Shown one piece after another: positions 59,178-64,000 of a DNA stretch of 64,000 bases; the first letter of the stretch is position 1; each line of letters begins with the position of its first letter. The DNA comes from Histomonas meleagridis 2922-C6/04-290x (taxonomy: Eukaryota; Protista; Parabasalia): positions 186,001 to 250,000 of the forward strand of contig JAANOX010000069.1 in the NCBI GenBank assembly GCA_020184695.1, given 5' to 3'. The position numbers and the translations under genes are program-made. The notes under the pieces were generated by a model. It did not search any database. It worked only from the letters and a program-made list of their open reading frames with translations, and was not told where the DNA came from.

Positions 59178-59999
59178 TTATGTCAAAAGTTTTCCACACT
59201 TACGGACGATGTAAACATAATGAGGCTCATCAGATGGAACAGGTTTTTTGAGTTCTATAACTTTTTCTAACTCAAGATTAAGATCTGCTGGTCTTTCAAA
59301 AAATTCTTTCCTTTCTTCAGGAGGTGCATAAGATACACAAATATATACACCACGTCGTTTTAAAACACGTGAAATTTCAGATAATGCAGAAAAAACATCA
59401 GACTCACTAACATGGAATAAACAATCAAGTGTACCTTTGTCAATAACTGATTGAAAATCAGAGTTAGGAAAGAAAGACATTTTTCGAATATCCATAACCT
59501 TCCATGTAATATTTTCAATTTCTTGATTTCGTTTTTTCATCTTTTTAATTGCGATTTTTGAATAATCAATTGCGGTGATATTTTCAAATCCGTTTTGTGA
59601 TAAATATGGAGTTAATTCTGAAGTACCTGTTCCAATAACAAGAACATTTTTTTCTGGATCAATAAACTCTTGACATATTGGTAACAATGCTTCAGGTTCT
59701 TGATACCACTCAAAACATTCTGAATCATTTGTGTAACGCTCATCCCAATATGATTGTTCACCATATTGTGGAAGCTCAGCATCAGGATCATCTTCATATG
59801 TTATACCTTCTAATGGATCTTGTTCAGGTTCTGGAGGTTCTTTCTTTTCTTCTTCTTCATTTTTTTCTTCATTTTCTTTTTTATCCTCATCATCATTTTG
59901 GCCCAATTCTTCATGTGTTTCTCCATCTTTTTCTATTGTAGCTGTTGATTCATTTTCTGTTGTGTAATATTCTGCAGTATAATATTCTGTATCACTCAT
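59178..59999 (-). CDS. Class I SAM methyltransferase (EEF1AKMT4/METTL13-N-like) with acidic N-terminus
   Basis: YGEQSYWDERY, FEWY, VIGTGTS, VIDKGTLDCL and CVSYAPPEER motifs. Confidence 0.85.
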   Translation of the reverse strand: MSDTEYYTAEYYTTENESTATIEKDGETHEELGQNDDEDKKENEEKNEEEEKKEPPEPEQDPLEGITYEDDPDAELPQYGEQSYWDERYTNDSECFEWYQEPEALLPICQEFIDPEKNVLVIGTGTSELTPYLSQNGFENITAIDYSKIAIKKMKKRNQEIENITWKVMDIRKMSFFPNSDFQSVIDKGTLDCLFHVSESDVFSALSEISRVLKRRGVYICVSYAPPEERKEFFERPADLNLELEKVIELKKPVPSDEPHYVYIVRKCGKLLT

Positions 60000-60081
60000 T
60001 TTAAATTTTTTAGTAACGTATTAAAAAGGGAAAAAAATTACCCTTAAGCATAAACGTTTTTTCTTTATTTATTTCTAACAA

Positions 60082-61290
60082 TTATATTTCCATAAAATCT
60101 AATAATTCTTGAGCTACATTTGCTACTTCATTATCTTCATCTAAAATGAATTGTTCAATTTCCGGCTCGAATTCAGAAATGATTGTTTTGAACAATGAAG
60201 CGTTTTCTGGTGTCTGCATGAAGTTCATTATTACTCTTAATGTTGCAATTGCATTTTTACCGGTCAACGTATCCGATAAAAACTTACAAATTAGTTTTAT
60301 TAAATCAGGTGTTATTTTAGCAGAGTTACCATTCAACGCCGGAATCACTAACATCAAAGCTTCTTGAGCAATTCTAAATGAAGAATGTTCAAGAAGAAAT
60401 TGAAGTGCCTCAATAAGTTTCGATGGCGGAGAATCTTTCCAAATCATAATGCTTTTCTTTAAATATTTTAATGCATGATGCGAATGACTATTACTATATT
60501 TCATACAATCAATGACTGCATTAATGTCGTTTTGATTTGGTGGGATTTGCTCAAGAACTAAAAATGCTGCTGTTGATACTTCAAGAATTTCACAATCAAG
60601 ATAACGTGGAAGAATTTGATGAAGTTTTTCAAAGTCAAAAATATTCCAATTTCGTGATATTAATATCGAAAAACATCGTAAGGAATAACATGCATTCATG
60701 AAATTGTCGGTTTCTAATAGTTGTAACATTAAAGCTGCTAGTTGCGCGATTTGTGGTACCGGTTCATCTGAATGTTCAACTGCTAAGCAAATTAATTCAC
60801 CAGTATTGCACTCAAGTGGAAGTTGAAGAAGGCGATCAAAAATGTTAGTGCTATATATAATCTCACGAGCAACACTACTCTCAGAAAATACAATCGATAA
60901 TAATTTGGTGGTGGCATTAACAAATTGTGGTGGACCTTGAAGATGATTATTGATTAAATGGTGTAAAAAATCAGCACGAATAACCATTTCAACATCAAAG
61001 TAAGAATCACTTATTACTTTGGATAGACACATAATAGCAAGTTTTTGAGTGCGTTCAGAACATCCATTCCAGGATAAGCCCATGAAATAAGCAAGTGCTT
61101 CTCTTCCACCATTTGCCATGACTTGATCTTCAAATGGTGATTCCAATAAGTTGATATATTCCATCAACCCTTCTGATTGGATATTATCATCATCTGACTG
61201 AAGCTTTAAATTAGCTTGTAGAACTAAGTCAGTGTTGAAAGATTCAATATTTTCATTTTGAATTGTTGTTCTTACATCGTTCCTGCTCAT
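60082..61290 (-). CDS. Divergent ARM/HEAT-repeat (importin-alpha-like) protein
   Basis: 402-aa helical-repeat ORF; LQSDDDNIQSEGL...QKLAIMCLSKV resembles the first ARM repeats. Confidence 0.5.
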   Translation of the reverse strand: MSRNDVRTTIQNENIESFNTDLVLQANLKLQSDDDNIQSEGLMEYINLLESPFEDQVMANGGREALAYFMGLSWNGCSERTQKLAIMCLSKVISDSYFDVEMVIRADFLHHLINNHLQGPPQFVNATTKLLSIVFSESSVAREIIYSTNIFDRLLQLPLECNTGELICLAVEHSDEPVPQIAQLAALMLQLLETDNFMNACYSLRCFSILISRNWNIFDFEKLHQILPRYLDCEILEVSTAAFLVLEQIPPNQNDINAVIDCMKYSNSHSHHALKYLKKSIMIWKDSPPSKLIEALQFLLEHSSFRIAQEALMLVIPALNGNSAKITPDLIKLICKFLSDTLTGKNAIATLRVIMNFMQTPENASLFKTIISEFEPEIEQFILDEDNEVANVAQELLDFMEI

Positions 61291-61576
61291 GACTTTGGTC
61301 GATTTTAACGATACAAGTAAACCACAGAAGCTGGCATTTGAATCATCTTGTCACTTTTTACTTGCAGTGGGTGATTTCCGGAAATCTTTGTCTTCTGACT
61401 TGTGTAAAAATATCATTAAAATTACTTTTCCATGCTAATCCTACATTTATTCTTGTTAAATTCTGAGGTCTTTTTGAGTTAACGAAAACAGAAATTTCTG
61501 CACTGTCAATCAACAATAGTATTTTCAAAAAAAAAAAATGCTTTGTAAAATTTGATCTAGCTAAGGGTTTAAATGT

Positions 61577-62959
61577 ATGTATTTTCTGCTTTTAACGCAT
61601 AATATGTATATAACATTACATAAAACACAAGTGAATTCTTCCTCAAATTCCACAGAATATTCATTAAATCTACAAACAGATCCTGTAAATAGTATAGATT
61701 ATCTTCCATACTTAGTATCACTTCAGGAAATGGTTTTTAATTTATCAAATGAAAATCTTCAACATTCAATTGAACAAACAATGAATGTTTTAGACACAAA
61801 TTATCCATATTCATTTAATATTGTTATAAGTATTTTAATCTATTCTGCATTTGTATCTCGAAAAAGTGACATTGATTTATATTTAAATTATTTAGAAGCA
61901 CTTGAAAATAAAGAAAAAGAAATAAATGAAAATTATAAAATCATTGAAATATTTATTAATCATATATGTAAAATGAAATCACAAGAAACTTTTTATATAA
62001 TTTTTCATATGAATGAACGAAATTTAATTAAAGAAGATATTTCAAAATTATTTAACCAATTTCATACAAAAGGAAACACTCAATATTATAATATATTTTA
62101 TGACTATTACGATAAGCATTCGAATAACCAAATGAAAAATAATAATAAACTTGATGATAAATTAATTAAAGAAGGAAATAATCCGAATGAAATTGCGAAA
62201 ATAATTCGGAATGATGAAATCGAAAAACTTCAAGAAATATCATCACAACATAATTTTGACTTTAATCAAATAATAAAACCATCGCCTTATGAAAGATGTT
62301 CATTTGTTAATGAAGAAAATGTTACATTAATTGATTATGCAGCATTTTTTTCATCTGTTAAATGTTTCAAATATTTACTTGTGAATGGTGCAAAATTAGA
62401 AAGTACAGGTAAATATGCGATTGCAGGTGGGAATTTAGAAATTCTTCATCTATGTGAACAAAATCATACATTATTTGAAAATGCATATGAAACAGCAGTT
62501 AAATTTCATCGAAACGATAACTTTCATTATTTATATGAAAATAAAATTGAAAAAATTAATAATTTGGGGGAATTAGGAGTTAAATGTGTTTTATGTTATA
62601 ACTTTGAAATTTTAATATATTTAATTGATGATGGAATGAAAATTAATGATAATGTTATTAATGAATCAGTAAGAAACGGAAACATATTTCTTGTTCAATA
62701 CTTTTTCCAAAACAATCAAATTCCAAAAGATATTTTATTAAATATTTCCAATTCAAGTAATCTTGAGCTTGTTAAATATATTTTGAAACAAGAAGGAATT
62801 AATATTAATGCTAAAAGTATTTATTTGTTTAATTTGGATTTTATTTTAATAATTTAATATTTTAAAAAAAATATTTGGAAATTAATCAAATTATTTGAGA
62901 CAGCATATATTTTAGCATGTTCAAGTGGTTATGCAGAAATAGTACAATTACAAAAATAA
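61577..62959 (+). CDS. DUF3447/ankyrin protein F with 4 inserts (17, 17, 18, 17 nt; about 437 aa if removed)
   Basis: The loop at 62819-62896 gives KSGNGETAYILACSSGYAEIVQLQK*; 1383-69 = 1314 nt = 438 codons. Confidence 0.7.
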
Positions 62960-62989
62960 CGGTCGCTTTATTGAAAAAGTGCTAATTTA

Positions 62990-63934
62990 ATGGGCACAGG
63001 AACATCTGTTGCTCATGTTGATGATGATTCCTCCCAAATACCAAATGAAGTAATTGGAATGACTTCATTCAATGGGAAAGTTTTGATTTATACAAAACAA
63101 AATTATGTTGAAGTTAGATCAAAGTCAGAGGTTATTTCATCAAGATTTTTGAGTTTGACACCATCTTGCGCTTGTGCAATTGAATCAGAAACCTACATTA
63201 TTGGTTTTCAAAACGGATGTATATCCGAATTTGATTCTGATCTAAATCTTTTAATGACATATTCACTTCCTGGATCCACTAAAGCACATTCAGAAAATGT
63301 TTTATGTGTAGCTAGTTCAAAAAACTGTCATCTATTTTCAATTGGATCGGACAAAGTTGCACATATTTGGGATTCAACAGGTACACATATTAAATCATTT
63401 ACAAGCAAAAGTACTTACAACGTAGCTTGCTGCTCTAGCAAGTACTGTTGGGTTTCAGATACTAATTCAAAAATATCAGTTATAGATCTTTCTACAAACA
63501 CAATGACTTATCCACTCGATATCCGATCTAATGCGACCAGCATGGCACCTCTTCCTAATGAAACTTGTTGTATTGCTGCTCTTGATGACGGGTCTGTTTG
63601 TATTTTGACAGCATTACAAGTTATCGCTCAGTTCACTTTTTCGGGGCGCCCCAAACCAATACGAAGTATTTGCCCGCTTAAAGTTGATAATACTACAGGA
63701 TTAATTAGCTATGTTGCTGTTGATAGTGATGGAGTTCTAACGTTGCGCGCACTTGAATGCATAGTTTCAGAAATTGGTGCGTGTAAACCTTTCTTTGCGG
63801 CAACAAAAGATGAGATCATAGTTTTGATGAATGACCACATTTCAAGATATAGTCGAGCACAATTAGAAGAAGAATCCGTCAAGGACCTTGGGAGACTTGA
63901 ACTCCCTAGAAAACAGATTGTCCAATTTTTATGA
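62990..63934 (+). CDS. WD40-repeat protein, possible N-myristoylation (MGTGTS)
   Basis: AHSENVLCVA...LFSIGSDKVAHIWD is a WD signature; Gly2 and Ser6 are present. Confidence 0.75.
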   Translation: MGTGTSVAHVDDDSSQIPNEVIGMTSFNGKVLIYTKQNYVEVRSKSEVISSRFLSLTPSCACAIESETYIIGFQNGCISEFDSDLNLLMTYSLPGSTKAHSENVLCVASSKNCHLFSIGSDKVAHIWDSTGTHIKSFTSKSTYNVACCSSKYCWVSDTNSKISVIDLSTNTMTYPLDIRSNATSMAPLPNETCCIAALDDGSVCILTALQVIAQFTFSGRPKPIRSICPLKVDNTTGLISYVAVDSDGVLTLRALECIVSEIGACKPFFAATKDEIIVLMNDHISRYSRAQLEEESVKDLGRLELPRKQIVQFL

Positions 63935-64000
63935 AGATGTTAATGAAGCATGCTCATAAATGGGATTTTCTTTCAGTTATATGATTCTAAATAGATATTT

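Overview
AT-rich, gene-dense eukaryotic DNA in the standard genetic code, most consistent with a parabasalid (Trichomonas/Tritrichomonas-like). The organism call is an inference from DUF3447-ankyrin genes, BspA-type LRRs, near-absent conventional introns and trichomonad-type promoter motifs. Housekeeping genes include gamma-tubulin, a GCP/Spc98-family protein, Trm5, Nse1, TFIIH p62/Tfb1, a DTD, CFAP36, a SNARE, a RalGAP-alpha-like protein, two methyltransferases, two RRM proteins, an ARM protein and a WD40 protein. There is also tRNA-Gln(UUG), a dead DD34D mariner and decayed S/T-rich surface-protein genes. MAIN FINDING: all five DUF3447-ankyrin loci look truncated in the ORF track, but each ankyrin beta-hairpin loop is built as codon-[17 nt]-codon-[17 nt]-codon-[17 nt]-Gly codon-[17 nt]-codon-TAL. 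Removing these AT-rich 17-mers, which have no GT-AG ends, leaves single-codon micro-exons that spell canonical ankyrin loops (KDNDGWTAL, KNKNGWTAL, KDDDGKTAL, KDEQGKTPL, EDNKGRTAL) and restores long ORFs. By manual parsing, 141 of 146 inserts are exactly 17 nt and 5 are 18 nt, next to homopolymer runs. This points to a length-defined, non-canonical micro-intron (or ribosome-bypass or editing) system with 3-nt exons. All parsing was by eye, and no RNA or protein evidence is available here.
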